Of a stretch of DNA of 64,000 nucleotides, positions 40,301 through 50,400 are shown piece by piece. The notes below the pieces were generated by a model. That model did not search any database, was not told the DNA's origin, and was given only the letters and a program-made list of their open reading frames with translations. The stretch is from positions 7,454-71,453 of the forward strand of contig JBAZSP010000001.1 of NCBI GenBank assembly GCA_041663285.1, in the 5' to 3' direction. A program made the position numbers and the translations under genes. Each line of letters begins with the position of its first letter. Position 1 is the stretch's first letter. Source of the DNA: Candidatus Shapirobacteria bacterium (GTDB lineage Bacteria; Patescibacteriota; Microgenomatia; UBA12405).

Positions 40301-40622
40301 CTATTATTTTAAAGTCAGAGGCCAGAGTGGTTGCACCCCCGGGGGGTGGTCCAAAATCCTAAAGGCCAAAACCGGGTCATCCAAGGCCGTCATAACTAAA
40401 TACTATCCTAACTCCCTTATCCCTCAATCACCGCCCGCGTCAATCTCAAAGTCCAAATCCAAAACCCTTACCACCCAAGCTACTCCTTCCGTTTTTAATG
40501 ATTTAGCCCCATCTTTTCAGCCCACCTCGGTTCCTCAACATCCAGCGCCAACCTTGCCCGCTCCAACTTCAACGCCCAGTCCTGGTTTCTGGCCTCAGCT
40601 AAAAAGTATTCTTGGTTTATAA
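37347..40622 (+). CDS. Giant secreted FG-GAP (integrin-alpha-like) repeat protein with fibronectin-III-like segments and Pro/Ser/Thr-rich C-terminus; adhesin candidate
   Basis: Signal peptide (MKTLWHLGRKAYISVSGLLLLLLSLSQPAFS). At least 6 repeats of the Ca-binding-loop form D(F/V/L)N(G/N)(D/N)G..D(L/I) (DFNGNGKADLL, DVNNNGIDDII, DFDHNGKNDIL, DLNNNGLNDLA, DFNNDGFNDLV, DLNGDGSTDLL). Start moved from the track's 37263 to the Met preceding the signal peptide. Confidence 0.7.
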   Translation: MKTLWHLGRKAYISVSGLLLLLLSLSQPAFSVTHDIADSNNWNLKITKVTGEIDKYNFADVNNNGINDLLLCNEYINNHNGTYSGSCYVIYDSILSRFQGIGQTLDITNSQNYSLRFDGPMAQTKLGYSSGTTVGDFNGNGKADLLIPASYAFILNWGSGSFYVIMDDILDDFVGVGNTIDLADPNSFSIRYDGHTSGSVKNYASEATLLAADVNNNGIDDIISGSGHSGLVGRDRSGSLYVIYDGLIRSKSGRGNLVDLWQGENAYNIVFYNAANTYFSLYNSTLVKDFDHNGKNDILVGAGYADNRSLTNSGSLYFISDDIIDNYSETNHQVDLSNINNFSWRLDGAAAGDMLSYASIAAGDLNNNGLNDLAISSSGADNRSRSGSGSYYILFDSFFSSLVGVGKTLNLANGNFSIRYDGASPDSALGYSSKDVFDFNNDGFNDLVIPSYGDSNNSRPYSGSTYLIYNTKFTGLTGLNNTIDISDPEKYDIRFDGDVADGYYSFQNNFGDLNGDGSTDLLSFSPGDWDQNGYMYLIYNFPHTITSNNSSSSIGTTLITGSVVATQSVTAISGVQYQIGSSNPASGWSDCVAADGAFGEKSEDYSCYLAGLTNGSSHIVYFRAYDANTSYTSSSRYSSVSFTYDVSPPSLDTPSVTVFGTGATLAWVTTEESSSQINYGLTSLLGSSTPQADTSPLVTSHTVELTSLVPCTLYYFQAISTDLALNQSAGNSGTFITSGCPGNSEISLTASQIVPVSTGATSTLSSIGSTLALSLPSSYSAADATIQLKQLDHQSVIAALNTPSLDYLQSSLVFDLKALSSTGSTVSSFIQPLTLTLLYSYSQIPNLDEGTLMFYYHDGSSWNPLVDSVVNKESRTLTATTTHFSTFMVFGKSSSGMITSPASPSSSSSQAPVCGDPPPSSTPDLFQIDTTSTTAKLFFTPISNTSEFFISFSSSPTAEEHGEKVTLLREGVQSHTLFSLKPSTIYYFKVRGQSGCTPGGWSKILKAKTGSSKAVITKYYPNSLIPQSPPASISKSKSKTLTTQATPSVFNDLAPSFQPTSVPQHPAPTLPAPTSTPSPGFWPQLKSILGL

Positions 40623-40691
40623 CTCTTATCGTGGGAAATCAAGGCTATTTTCTTCCGCCGCTAAATTCTAGAACCGAAGAATCGAACTTCT

Positions 40692-40706
40692 AACCGGCCA
40701 CCGGTT
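40692..40706. terminator. Bidirectional hairpin (AACCGG-CCA-CCGGTT) between convergent genes
   Basis: 6-bp perfect stem followed by a U-rich tract on the plus strand (UUUAGGCUUUAUCUAU). Lies between the FG-GAP gene (+) and the NUDIX gene (-). Confidence 0.4.
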
Positions 40707-40754
40707 TAGGCTTTATCTATGGCGTTGACACTGATTGGCGAAAATTTGAAGTTA

Positions 40755-41159
40755 TTAAAGTATAGTTGGAAGAATCAGTATATTAGGATGTAAATTTAGA
40801 CCTTTAATATCTTTTTTACTAAAGAATTTTAGCTCAACGCTTTCATCAGCGTTTCCGAGAAATTCAAAAGAGTCTACCTCCACCTTAAAAGCCAACATCA
40901 CTTTTGGTGTAAACCTGTTGGTGCCATTAGTGGCTAGTGTCCACGCGTATTGTGGCTGATCTGACACTTTAGTAATCCCGACTCCGATCTCCTCCTTAAT
41001 TTCTCTTCTAAGTCCTTCAACAAATGTTTCCCCTACTTCTAGCCCGCCTCCGGGTAATTCCCATCTTCCGTCAGCCTCTTTGATTAATAAAATTTTATTA
41101 TTCTTATATATTAATGCCTTGGTTGACACTCGATAAAAACAAGGAGGTAACTTCTGCAT
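40755..41159 (-). CDS. NUDIX hydrolase
   Basis: Nudix box GGGLEVGETFVEGLRREIKEEIG. Confidence 0.8.
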   Translation of the reverse strand: MQKLPPCFYRVSTKALIYKNNKILLIKEADGRWELPGGGLEVGETFVEGLRREIKEEIGVGITKVSDQPQYAWTLATNGTNRFTPKVMLAFKVEVDSFEFLGNADESVELKFFSKKDIKGLNLHPNILILPTIL

Positions 41160-41165
41160 ATCCGA

Positions 41166-42236
41166 CTATTCCTTTTTCATCTCCGCCTTAAAGTAATCCA
41201 CCCAGGGTATTCCCACTGGGTCGATTCCATTAAGCATTGCCAAATAAAAACAAATATATTCCCCGACCGTTAATGCTTCAAAGGCTTGGGCTAATTTGCT
41301 TTCCGTCTCGATATTAATTTCAATAGCCGGAATATTATTTTTTTCGATTACTCTTTTTGTTACCTCAAAGCGCCTAGTTATTGGGTGGCTGTAAGTTTTT
41401 GTTGTCAGCATTACCGCAATCAAATTAGCATTGTTTGTCAAAGGATAAGCCAAACCTTCCATTAAGTGGTGGTTGGCTTCCGGAATCAAAAAGTATGTCC
41501 CCATCGTTTTAGCATTTTCGTTTAGCACGTTGCATACCGCCTTGGCACACCCTCCCAAATGCTCCGCCGCCATGATCAAAACGACCCGGTTGTAAAGTCT
41601 ATCAGCTATTTTTTTGGCCGCGTTTTCTTGTTGAGGTCGATCCACCGCCAGTTCTTGTTGTTTCTTTCGGATTGTTTTTATTACTTCTTCAAAATCTTGG
41701 TCACTTACAGCCAGGCAGCCGGCTTTTATCAGCAATCCCAATATCCCGATTACGCTATAGCCTATGGCCATTCTTGGCTGCCCGCATGGGTTATGGGTAG
41801 GGTTAATTCTAAAATAAGTCCAGTTGTTAGCTTGTGCCACTTTTTCAAGCTCCCCTCCGGCCGATATCGCCATTATTTTTGCCCCTCTTTTTTTGGCCTC
41901 CTCCCCGGCCGCCAGCACCTCTTCGGTGGTGCCAGAATAACTTGAAAGTATTACTAAAGTATTCGAATCGGCGTATTCCGGCAATCGGTAATCACGCACA
42001 ATTTCCAGAGGTAGTTTTAATTTATCAAAATAAACGGATTTTATAATTTCAGCGCCCAGTGCCGATCCTCCCATCCCCGAAACAACAATTTTATCGACAT
42101 CATCAAAATTATCTTTAACAGCAATCTTTTTTACTTCCTCCCATGCTTGCAGGCATTGCTCGTCCAGCTGATTTATTGATTCCAGTACCCTACTCTTATC
42201 TAAAGCCTTTATTTGATCAAAATCATCTAAATTCAT
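41166..42236 (-). CDS. Bifunctional phosphoglucose/phosphomannose isomerase (SIS-domain, archaeal-type PGI/PMI)
   Basis: Two SIS domains (VVSGMGGSALGAEII; LVILSSYSGTTEE). Family-typical C-terminal region. Confidence 0.8.
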   Translation of the reverse strand: MNLDDFDQIKALDKSRVLESINQLDEQCLQAWEEVKKIAVKDNFDDVDKIVVSGMGGSALGAEIIKSVYFDKLKLPLEIVRDYRLPEYADSNTLVILSSYSGTTEEVLAAGEEAKKRGAKIMAISAGGELEKVAQANNWTYFRINPTHNPCGQPRMAIGYSVIGILGLLIKAGCLAVSDQDFEEVIKTIRKKQQELAVDRPQQENAAKKIADRLYNRVVLIMAAEHLGGCAKAVCNVLNENAKTMGTYFLIPEANHHLMEGLAYPLTNNANLIAVMLTTKTYSHPITRRFEVTKRVIEKNNIPAIEINIETESKLAQAFEALTVGEYICFYLAMLNGIDPVGIPWVDYFKAEMKKE

Positions 42237-42269
42237 GAATCAGTTTATCATAATGCTAAACTATAAAAA

Positions 42270-43337
42270 ATGCTTAAACCGTCGGCCTTTTCCTATATCC
42301 TACCGCCCAACTTAATCGCCAATCAGTCGGTTTCCCCCCGCGATCACAGCCGCCTATTAACTCTGAACCGTCAAAATGGAGCTATCGGCCACTGCCGTTT
42401 TTTCGATTTACCCACCCTGCTGAGTTCAAATGACGTCCTGGTTCTTAACCAGTCCAAAGTATTCCCGGCTCGTCTACTTGGCTGCAAATCTACCGGTGGC
42501 AAAGTCGAAATTTTATTATTACATCAAATAGGTTCCAATACATGGTCAGCAATTGCTTCTCCCCGGCCTAATGTCGGCTTAAAGCTTCTGTTTGGCCAAA
42601 ATTTAGAAGGATGTGTTACCCAAAGTTTATCTTCTACCGGGGAAATTACAATTGATTTTAACCAGTCATCAGCCGAAATTTTTACGACCTTGGATTTAAT
42701 AGGTCTTACTCCCGTCCCTCCTTATATTCACTCCACTTTACCCGAACCGGAGCTGCGCCGGAATTATCAAACCGTTTATGCCAAAGAGGTCGGCTCTGCT
42801 GCCGCTCCCACTGCCGGCTTGCACTTTACCGACCATTTACTTGACACTCTCCGCGATAGGGGAGTCACCATTGAATATCTTACTCTTCATGTTGGTCTTG
42901 GAACTTTTAAGCCCCTTAATCCCAACAATTTTTCCACCTCTTCTCTCCACTCAGAAATTTATCAAATCGACTCCCAGGTTGCCGCCCGGTTAAATAAGGC
43001 CAAATCCAGCGGTAAAAGAATTATCGCCGTCGGCACCACCACTGCCCGTACTCTGGAGTCAGCAGTTGACTCCCGGGGTGTACTTTATAACTTATCTTCC
43101 GCTACCGATCTTTTTATCTATCCGCCATACCGGTTTAAATTTATTGATAGTCTGATAACCAATTTTCATCTACCCCAATCAAGTCTATTGGTATTAGTTA
43201 CCGCCTTCAGCTGCTTTCCCAATACTCCGCATAAATACCGTAGGTTTGAAGATACTATTATATATAATGCCTATCAACAGGCCATTAGGCAAAATTATCG
43301 CTTTTTTTCCTTTGGTGACGCCTGCTGGATTTACTAA
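42270..43337 (+). CDS. queA: S-adenosylmethionine:tRNA ribosyltransferase-isomerase QueA
   Basis: Conserved QueA blocks (...VYAKEVGSAAAPTAGLHFT..., ...HVGLGTFKP..., ...IAVGTTTARTLES...). Confidence 0.9.
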   Translation: MLKPSAFSYILPPNLIANQSVSPRDHSRLLTLNRQNGAIGHCRFFDLPTLLSSNDVLVLNQSKVFPARLLGCKSTGGKVEILLLHQIGSNTWSAIASPRPNVGLKLLFGQNLEGCVTQSLSSTGEITIDFNQSSAEIFTTLDLIGLTPVPPYIHSTLPEPELRRNYQTVYAKEVGSAAAPTAGLHFTDHLLDTLRDRGVTIEYLTLHVGLGTFKPLNPNNFSTSSLHSEIYQIDSQVAARLNKAKSSGKRIIAVGTTTARTLESAVDSRGVLYNLSSATDLFIYPPYRFKFIDSLITNFHLPQSSLLVLVTAFSCFPNTPHKYRRFEDTIIYNAYQQAIRQNYRFFSFGDACWIY

Positions 43338-43359
43338 AAATATCTAATACAATAACTTA

Positions 43360-43881
43360 GTGAATTTAAAAAACCAAGTCAGAGAAGTACCGAACTGGCC
43401 GATTTCGGGAGTTAATTTTAAAGATATTACGCCCATACTTCAAAGCCCCCCGGCATTTCGTTATCTGATTAATAAGCTTTGCTTGCCATACAAAAAGATC
43501 AAGGTTGATAAAGTCATCGCTATCGATGCTCGGGGCTTTCTAATCGCTACTCCTATGGCCTATCTACTCCGGGCGGGAGTTTGCTTGGTCCGGAAAAAGG
43601 GAAAGCTGCCCCGTGCCACTATTGAAACGACCTACCAAAAAGAATACGGTCCCGACATTTTGGCCATGCACCGCGACTCTGTTCAGTCCGGCGAAAAGGT
43701 AGTTATTGTTGACGACGTTTTGGCTACCGGCGGCACCCTGTCGGCCGCTGCCAATCTGGTGTCAAAGCTCGGTGGTCAAATTATCGGTATTAGCGTAATT
43801 ATTGATTTACCCTTTTTAGGAGGGCGTAAGTTGCTTAATCAATACTCTGTTCATTCCCTGATTTCTTATGAAAACGGCTAA
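43360..43881 (+). CDS. apt: Adenine phosphoribosyltransferase
   Basis: PRPP-binding motif VVIVDDVLATGGT. Typical APRT length and N-terminal block. Confidence 0.9.
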   Translation: MNLKNQVREVPNWPISGVNFKDITPILQSPPAFRYLINKLCLPYKKIKVDKVIAIDARGFLIATPMAYLLRAGVCLVRKKGKLPRATIETTYQKEYGPDILAMHRDSVQSGEKVVIVDDVLATGGTLSAAANLVSKLGGQIIGISVIIDLPFLGGRKLLNQYSVHSLISYENG

Positions 43882-44623
43882 CAAAATACTTATTGGTATT
43901 ATTGGCGGTTCCGGTTTGGACGACCCCAAAATTTTAAAAGACTTTACGTCTACCCAGCCCCAAACTCCTTATGGTTTTCCTTCCAGTCCAATTACTCTTG
44001 GCCAAATTGGCGGCCAGCCAGTGGCCATTATTGCCCGGCACGGCTCAAAGCACGACCTGCCACCGACTTTGGTACCCTACCGCGCCAATATTTGGGCTCT
44101 AAAAAAAATTGGCTGCAGTCATGTTTTGGCCACCACCGCTTGTGGTTCTTTAAGAGCCAAAATCAAGCCGGGCGATTTAGTTTTTCCCGACCAATTTATC
44201 GATTTTACCCGGCTTAGACCGCTCACCTTCTTCGATTATAAAGTTGTTCACACCTCGATGGCCTCGCCCTTTGACGCCGGGCTTCGCCGACAGCTAATAG
44301 AAGCGGCGGATAATCTCCATTTTGCCTACCATCCGGCTGGCACCGTCATTACCATTGAAGGCCCCCGGTTTTCTACTAAAGCCGAATCCAAGCTTTTCCG
44401 TCTTTGGGGTGCTGATCTTATCAACATGTCAACCGTCCCCGAAATAGTCTTAGCCAACGAAATCGGTTTACCGTATCAGTCAATTGCCATGTCTACCGAC
44501 TATGATTGCTGGAAAACCAACGAAGCTCCGGTAACTTTCGACATGGTTATGGAGCGGATGCACTCAAACGCCGACAAGGTCAAACACTTGCTTATTGATG
44601 TCGTCTCCTCTTTCTCACCCTAA
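43868..44623 (+). CDS. mtnP: S-methyl-5'-thioadenosine phosphorylase / purine nucleoside phosphorylase (PNP-I family)
   Basis: IGIIGGSGL start, ...HGSKHDLPP..., ...INMSTVPE... motifs of the MTAP/PNP family. Confidence 0.85.
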   Translation: MKTANKILIGIIGGSGLDDPKILKDFTSTQPQTPYGFPSSPITLGQIGGQPVAIIARHGSKHDLPPTLVPYRANIWALKKIGCSHVLATTACGSLRAKIKPGDLVFPDQFIDFTRLRPLTFFDYKVVHTSMASPFDAGLRRQLIEAADNLHFAYHPAGTVITIEGPRFSTKAESKLFRLWGADLINMSTVPEIVLANEIGLPYQSIAMSTDYDCWKTNEAPVTFDMVMERMHSNADKVKHLLIDVVSSFSP

Positions 44624-44665
44624 TTTCCGCTGGATAATCTCTACCCGGTTCTATAGAATGTTTAT

Positions 44666-45622
44666 ATGCTGATTATCGGAAGACTGCTTTTGTTGATTCT
44701 GACTTCAATTTCTCTGGGCGAGTTTTCTAAGCGGATTATCCGCCATCTCGATAGTTATACCCGGCATGCGGGCATCAGTCATTTTGCCGCTACTGCTATC
44801 ATAATTTCTCTAACTACCAGTTTTCCCGAGTTAATAGTAGCGGTTTCTTCATCTTTCAAAAATGCCTCTGCCTTGGCCTTTGGTAATGCCCTGGGAGCCA
44901 ACATGATCAACATTTCTTTAGTGATTGGCCTAACAGCAATTGTCGGCAAATCCTTATTTTTTAATCACTCCACCCGGCCTGACAAAATATTGTTGCCCCT
45001 CCTTTTTTCTTTCCTGCCATTAATATTTGCCTTAAACGGCACCATAACTCGGCTAGAAGGCCTTATTCTTCTTGGTTTTTATTTTTTCTACATCCGCAGC
45101 CTTATTTTGTCGATCAGGGAAAATCCGGTTATATCAGCTCCGGTACAAAGCAGCCCCAAGTTTATTAGCCCCCATTCTGTCAAACATCTTTTGATGATTA
45201 TTTTTTGGGGCTCACTTTTGGTGGTTGCTGCCCAAATCGTGATTTCTATTTCCCACTCCATGGCAGGAGATCTTGGTCTGTCGTTAAGCTTTATCGGAAT
45301 TTTTATTATCTCTATCGGCACCACCCTGCCCGAGCTCTTCTTCAACATTAAGGCAGTCAGGCATCAGCACGGCTCTATGGCCACCGCCAATGTTGTCGGC
45401 TCCTGCATCACCAACGCCAATTTAATTTTAGGTTTATCGGCCTTAATTAACCCGATCACCTTTACTCGTAGTTACGATATGATTTTGCCGATTATTGAAT
45501 ATTTTTTCGTTACCGTTCTATTTTTCTTTTTTGTTACCACCAAAAAACGTCTTGACACCTGGGAAGCTTATGTCTTGGTCGTCTTTTTTCTCTTTTACGC
45601 CCTTCTCGAAGTACTTTTTTAA
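44666..45622 (+). CDS. Ca2+/cation antiporter (CaCA family, YrbG-like)
   Basis: Two alpha-repeat motifs GNALGANMINISLVIGL and GSCITNANLILGL. Polytopic. Confidence 0.75.
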   Translation: MLIIGRLLLLILTSISLGEFSKRIIRHLDSYTRHAGISHFAATAIIISLTTSFPELIVAVSSSFKNASALAFGNALGANMINISLVIGLTAIVGKSLFFNHSTRPDKILLPLLFSFLPLIFALNGTITRLEGLILLGFYFFYIRSLILSIRENPVISAPVQSSPKFISPHSVKHLLMIIFWGSLLVVAAQIVISISHSMAGDLGLSLSFIGIFIISIGTTLPELFFNIKAVRHQHGSMATANVVGSCITNANLILGLSALINPITFTRSYDMILPIIEYFFVTVLFFFFVTTKKRLDTWEAYVLVVFFLFYALLEVLF

Positions 45623-46320
45623 TATCTTTTAATAATATATTTCTTTTCCAAATACTTTAGCCCTTTTTTCTCTACCAGCACAAAATTATCTTCAACTCCG
45701 TCAAATAAATCTGGCAGATTAAAAAATTCATCTCTCGTTAACCACCTATTTTCGCCACCTTCAAACTTTTCAATTAATTTCCCTTCCAGTTTATCTGCTT
45801 TAAACACAAAAAAGAATTTGTCTTCCAGCATCTCATTTCCGGCTGAATAATCCATTTTATGTTTAACCCCACGTAGCCTAACCCTACCGGTCAATCCGGT
45901 TTCTTCCCTAAGCTCCCGCAGCGCTGCTTCACCGATTGTTTCACTCCACCTTACTTTTCCGGTCAAAAATCCACTATAGCCAAAAAACGGTTGTTTTAAT
46001 CTTTTTTGGACCAAATAGTAAATTTTTCCTTTAATAGTTTTTTGGGGCATAACCAGCACCGCCACCTTAGCTTGTTTTTCTATATTTAAGCTTTCTGTGT
46101 CCAACCTATTAGCAAACTCTTTTCCTACTCTGGTTAATTCATAACCTCCGTCACCGTTTTTCTGGATTAACTTATCGTTTCTTAACTGCCGTAAATGAAA
46201 AGAAAATAGGTCGGTGGTTAATCCGGTCAAATTCAGTTCGGCAAATCGCGCCTGAAGTTTAAATAATAAAGTCTTTAATACTTGGGCCTGAATTGGGTGC
46301 AGTTTAATTTCAGTATTCAT
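45619..46320 (-). CDS. NUDIX hydrolase with N-terminal winged-helix-like domain
   Basis: Nudix box GKVRWSETIGEAALRELREETGLTG in the C-terminal half. N-terminal ~90 aa helix-rich. Confidence 0.7.
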   Translation of the reverse strand: MNTEIKLHPIQAQVLKTLLFKLQARFAELNLTGLTTDLFSFHLRQLRNDKLIQKNGDGGYELTRVGKEFANRLDTESLNIEKQAKVAVLVMPQKTIKGKIYYLVQKRLKQPFFGYSGFLTGKVRWSETIGEAALRELREETGLTGRVRLRGVKHKMDYSAGNEMLEDKFFFVFKADKLEGKLIEKFEGGENRWLTRDEFFNLPDLFDGVEDNFVLVEKKGLKYLEKKYIIKRY

Positions 46321-46369
46321 GGCCTAGTTTATGCCAAAATCATCACACTTCAAGTGAAGGGCTCTTCAC

Positions 46370-46726
46370 TTAACGTCTAGTTCTCAATCTTCCGTCTATC
46401 AAAAAAGCTGCTAAATATACTGTCCCCATTAGGCCAATTATTAGGCTAAAACATATCACGGCGATATAAATTTTATCAAGTTTAAGTACTATGCCAATAG
46501 CCGCTAAAACTAACCCCATCAATATTGTCACCCAATTACCATAAGTATTCCAGGCTTTTGTGATTTTTGGGTACGATTTTGTTAACCTTAAAACCTTTTC
46601 TTTATTACTTTTTGGTAGTGCAAAACCGTCTATTTTCCACTGTGGATAACTTTGAGTTGTGGCCAATAACCCCAAAATTGCTCCTGGTACAAATCCCAAA
46701 ATTAGGCTTAGTTCTAGCTGTTCCAT
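46370..46726 (-). CDS. Small hypothetical membrane protein (3 TM)
   Basis: 118 aa, three hydrophobic helices. No motif. Confidence 0.4.
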   Translation of the reverse strand: MEQLELSLILGFVPGAILGLLATTQSYPQWKIDGFALPKSNKEKVLRLTKSYPKITKAWNTYGNWVTILMGLVLAAIGIVLKLDKIYIAVICFSLIIGLMGTVYLAAFLIDGRLRTRR

Positions 46727-46960
46727 AATTTGTATTTTACACCGCTAATTGCTTTTTACTGTCTCTTCAGGAAATATTAAATTTAAAAATTGAATCAAGC
46801 CAAAGAACAAAATGAGGATTGTACATAAAAAAGTATAACCCATTCCACTATTCCCCTGATACCAGCCAGAAATAGGACCGCCCCGGGAAGTCGGTAGCTA
46901 GACGATTGTATTATTCTTATACGTTACCAAAAAAAACAAAAATCAGTTACAATTATTTCA

Positions 46961-47425
46961 ATGACTACATCACCAAGCTGGAGACCGCTTCCAGGTTTTT
47001 TTATACCCCTTTGTTTATCACTTTTTATTGTGGCTACTTTAATCTACCAAAAGCAGCAAACCCGGCCTTTTGCCTATCAGCCACCAGAAACTTACGTTAC
47101 CCCACCTGTTCCCACCACAATCCCAACTCCCACCCCCTTTGTTTTTTCCGGGATTGGCATTCGAATCCGCAATTTTCAGGAAAGTCAGATACTGGTTGAA
47201 CAAGTCATTCCCTCTTCTCCGGCCGAAATGGCTGGCATCAAAGCTGATGATTTAATCACCCAAATCGACAATCTTCCTGTCTCCGGCACTGTCGATGACG
47301 CAGTTTCCCTAATTCGTGGCCCCGAAGGGAGTTCGGTTATCTTGACTATTGAGAGGCAAGGCAAGCAGCTAACCCAAAAAATCGTCCGGCAAACCATAAT
47401 CGACACCCTACCCCTTCCTGAATAA
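46961..47425 (+). CDS. PDZ-domain membrane-anchored protein
   Basis: N-terminal TM, Pro/Thr linker, PDZ carboxylate-binding region (...VIPSSPAEMAGIKADDLITQIDNLPVSG...). Confidence 0.6.
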   Translation: MTTSPSWRPLPGFFIPLCLSLFIVATLIYQKQQTRPFAYQPPETYVTPPVPTTIPTPTPFVFSGIGIRIRNFQESQILVEQVIPSSPAEMAGIKADDLITQIDNLPVSGTVDDAVSLIRGPEGSSVILTIERQGKQLTQKIVRQTIIDTLPLPE

Positions 47426-47436
47426 TTCAATCGCCG

Positions 47437-50400
47437 ATGCCTGCCAAAACCAAAAATCTAATTCTCCTCCCCATCCTTTTGTTGGTTTTTACCATTGGCG
47501 TTTTTATCCTTCGCAGCCGCTACAAGCCACCTTCTGTTGACCGCTATTCTCCTGCAACTCGTTTACAACTAACTTCCAGTCAGGATCTCCAGCTAACCGC
47601 TACCAAAACATCATCAGCCGGCATTGACCCTCAAACCAGTCTTTTGTTGACCGGCCAAGCCCCGCTCGACTTTAATGCCATATCGCAAAGCCTAAAAATC
47701 AGCCCTTCGGTTCCGTTCAAAATTACTCCCAAATCAGACAAAACTGCCGAGATAGTCCTGTCTCAAGCGTTAGAACCTTCCAAAATTTACAAATTCGTCT
47801 TGCCGGCTTTAGTCGGGAAAGTCGAGGCCAAAGATTATAACTGGGCCTTTCAGGTTTCATCACCTCTAAAGATTACCGGGACTTATCCTGGCAATCAGTC
47901 CACCGGAATTCCTTTAAACGCTGTCATCGAAATCTACTTCAACAATCCTGATTTTAACGTCGACTACCAAAAATATGTGACCGTTACTCCGGGTATTGAC
48001 GGTCATTTTGAGAAGCATCAAAATACGCTGGTTTTTGTTCATCAGGGTCTGTCTCCCACCACTCTCTATACTGTCACAGTTAAGTCCGGCATCGCCCTAA
48101 GCGATAATTCTCAAAAAACTCAAGAAGACTATACTTTTCAATTTGAAACTTCGTCAACCGAAAAGCAATCAGAAAAGATTTACCAATTTACCCAGCCGAT
48201 TTTTGAAACCACCCCCTCCAGCCAATCGATTGTCTTTTTGTCCAACTACGAAGTCACCACCACTTCAGGTAAGGGTCGGGTTTACCAGCTGACTGCCGAT
48301 GAATTCAAGAATTGTTTATCCCAAAGAAGCACCGTTCCTGGATGGAGCTACTACGCTTTGGCCCGTTTCCGCTGCCAACCTCCTCGGGAATCTGCGGCCG
48401 AATTTGACGTCGATATTAAGTCCACCGGCCAGAATGGCCAGCAGTATATCGAGATTCCGGGAAGTCTTAGCCAGCCTTATTACCTTTTTGAGCTGGATAA
48501 CCCCCAATCTCCACCCAGTCAGACCCTTTTGCAGATCAGTAATTACAGTTGGTATTACTGGTTTGGGGAGCGAGAATCCCTGGTGTGGATCAATGATTTA
48601 TCCTCCAAGAAGCCGGCAGTTTCTGTTCCGGTCAGTCTGGATGGCAAGCCTATTGGGACGACTAATCAAGACGGTATTTTGACTTTTGCTACCCCCAAAA
48701 ATTTCGCTGATTCGCCCCAGCCGATTCTGGAACTCGCTACTTCTCCCCATCATAGCTTCAGCCTAGTCGGTTATTCTAGCCGTTATCAGCCTTACGATTT
48801 TTCTTCCTACAATTCAGCCCATACCTCCTACTGGTCTTACCTTTATACCGACCGTAACCTATATCTGCCGGACGACGTCGTTAATTTATGGGGCATCATC
48901 CAGAGCAGAAACGGGCAACCGGTTTCAGAAGTCACCGTAAATCTTTTTCCACCGAATGATTACTCGTATAGCAAGAATGAATCCGAACCTTTAAAATCAG
49001 TAAAGATTCCGGTATCTTCGGCTGGAACTTTTGTCGCTTCTTTTGATCTTGCCGGCGTCAATCCCGGGTGGCACACTCTGTCCGTCTACAACGGTTCGGA
49101 ATTGGTCAGCTCGTCGGGTTTTAGTGTCCAAACCTTTACTAAACCAGCCTTTAAGCTTACTGCCAAGGCCTCCAAGTATGCTATCCGAGCCGGGGACTCC
49201 AACCAAATTTCTATACAGGCTAGTTTTTACGATGGAACCCCCCTGGCCAACACCACTCTGGCCTGGACGGCCTGGAGTAACCAGCGCAAAACCGGCGAGG
49301 TTACCACCGATAGCTCGGGCCGGGCGACTGTAAACTTAACCACCGAATATCAGGAAGGTCAGCAGAATTATTGGCCGTATCAAGCCACTATTAATTTCTG
49401 GCCCAAAGACCAACAGGAAGGGGATATCAATGCCTTTGCCAGTTTTTCTGTTTACGGTCCCGACTACCGTCTGATTCCGGCAGTTAAGTGGGATTCCGAA
49501 TCTTCTTCTGCCAAAGGTTCGGTTAAGGTTCAGCGCTACGACTACAATCTTCTCAATCAAAAATATTGGGTAGAGGATTTTCCTCCTGTTCCCAATGTCA
49601 AAGTTAATCTTGCCCTAACTCGTATTTGGTATGACCAAATTGAAAATGGCGAATACTACGACCCTATCAATAAAATCAGTCGTAAAAAGTACCGTTACGA
49701 GCGGCGTACCGAACCGGCCGGAAGTCAGGAGCTAACTACCGATGCCCAGGGGCTGATTACTTTTGGTTTTTCCGCTGCCAAACTTTCTCAATACGAGTTA
49801 GTTTTCAGCACTAAAGATCCGTCAGGGCGGACGGCCTATTCCATTTCCCATTTTTTTGCTGGTTTGTCAGGTACTGGTGAGGGCGAATCGAGCCAGGGCT
49901 TCACCCTCGAGGCCGATAAGGATCAATATCGGGTAGGGGAGGTGGCCAAAATTAAACTCCTTAATGACCAACTCCCGGCCCCGTCCGAATCTCCGAATCG
50001 TTATTTATTATTCAGCGTCAACAGCGGTTCCATCCTTGATCACCGCTCCCAATCTCAAAATACTCTCGACTTTGAGTTCCAGCAAAAATACGTTCCCAAT
50101 GTTTTCGTTAAAGCCGTCTGGTTTAACGGCAAAAACCATACCCAACCGGGTTATACATATGGTCACGACGCCGGCCTTAATCTACGCTATCTACACGAAG
50201 AGAAAGCTCTTACGGTTAAAGTCAATTCCGATAAGTCAAAATATCAGCCCCAAGATGAGGTCAGGCTATCAATCGAAGTCAAAGATGCCCAAGGCCAACC
50301 CCGTCAATCCCGGATCCTGTTGTCAGTAATCGATCAGGCTTTAAGTGATCTTTACGGTATTCCTCAAAGTGCCCTCTTGTCTTCGCTTTACCGCCTGCTT

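Noticed and set aside
40650-40720. tRNA T-arm-like sequence (GAAGTTCGATTCTTC) read on the minus strand
   Set aside because: There is no matching acceptor stem, no 7-nt anticodon loop and no CCA context. The adjacent AACCGG-CCA-CCGGTT hairpin is better explained as a terminator between convergent genes.
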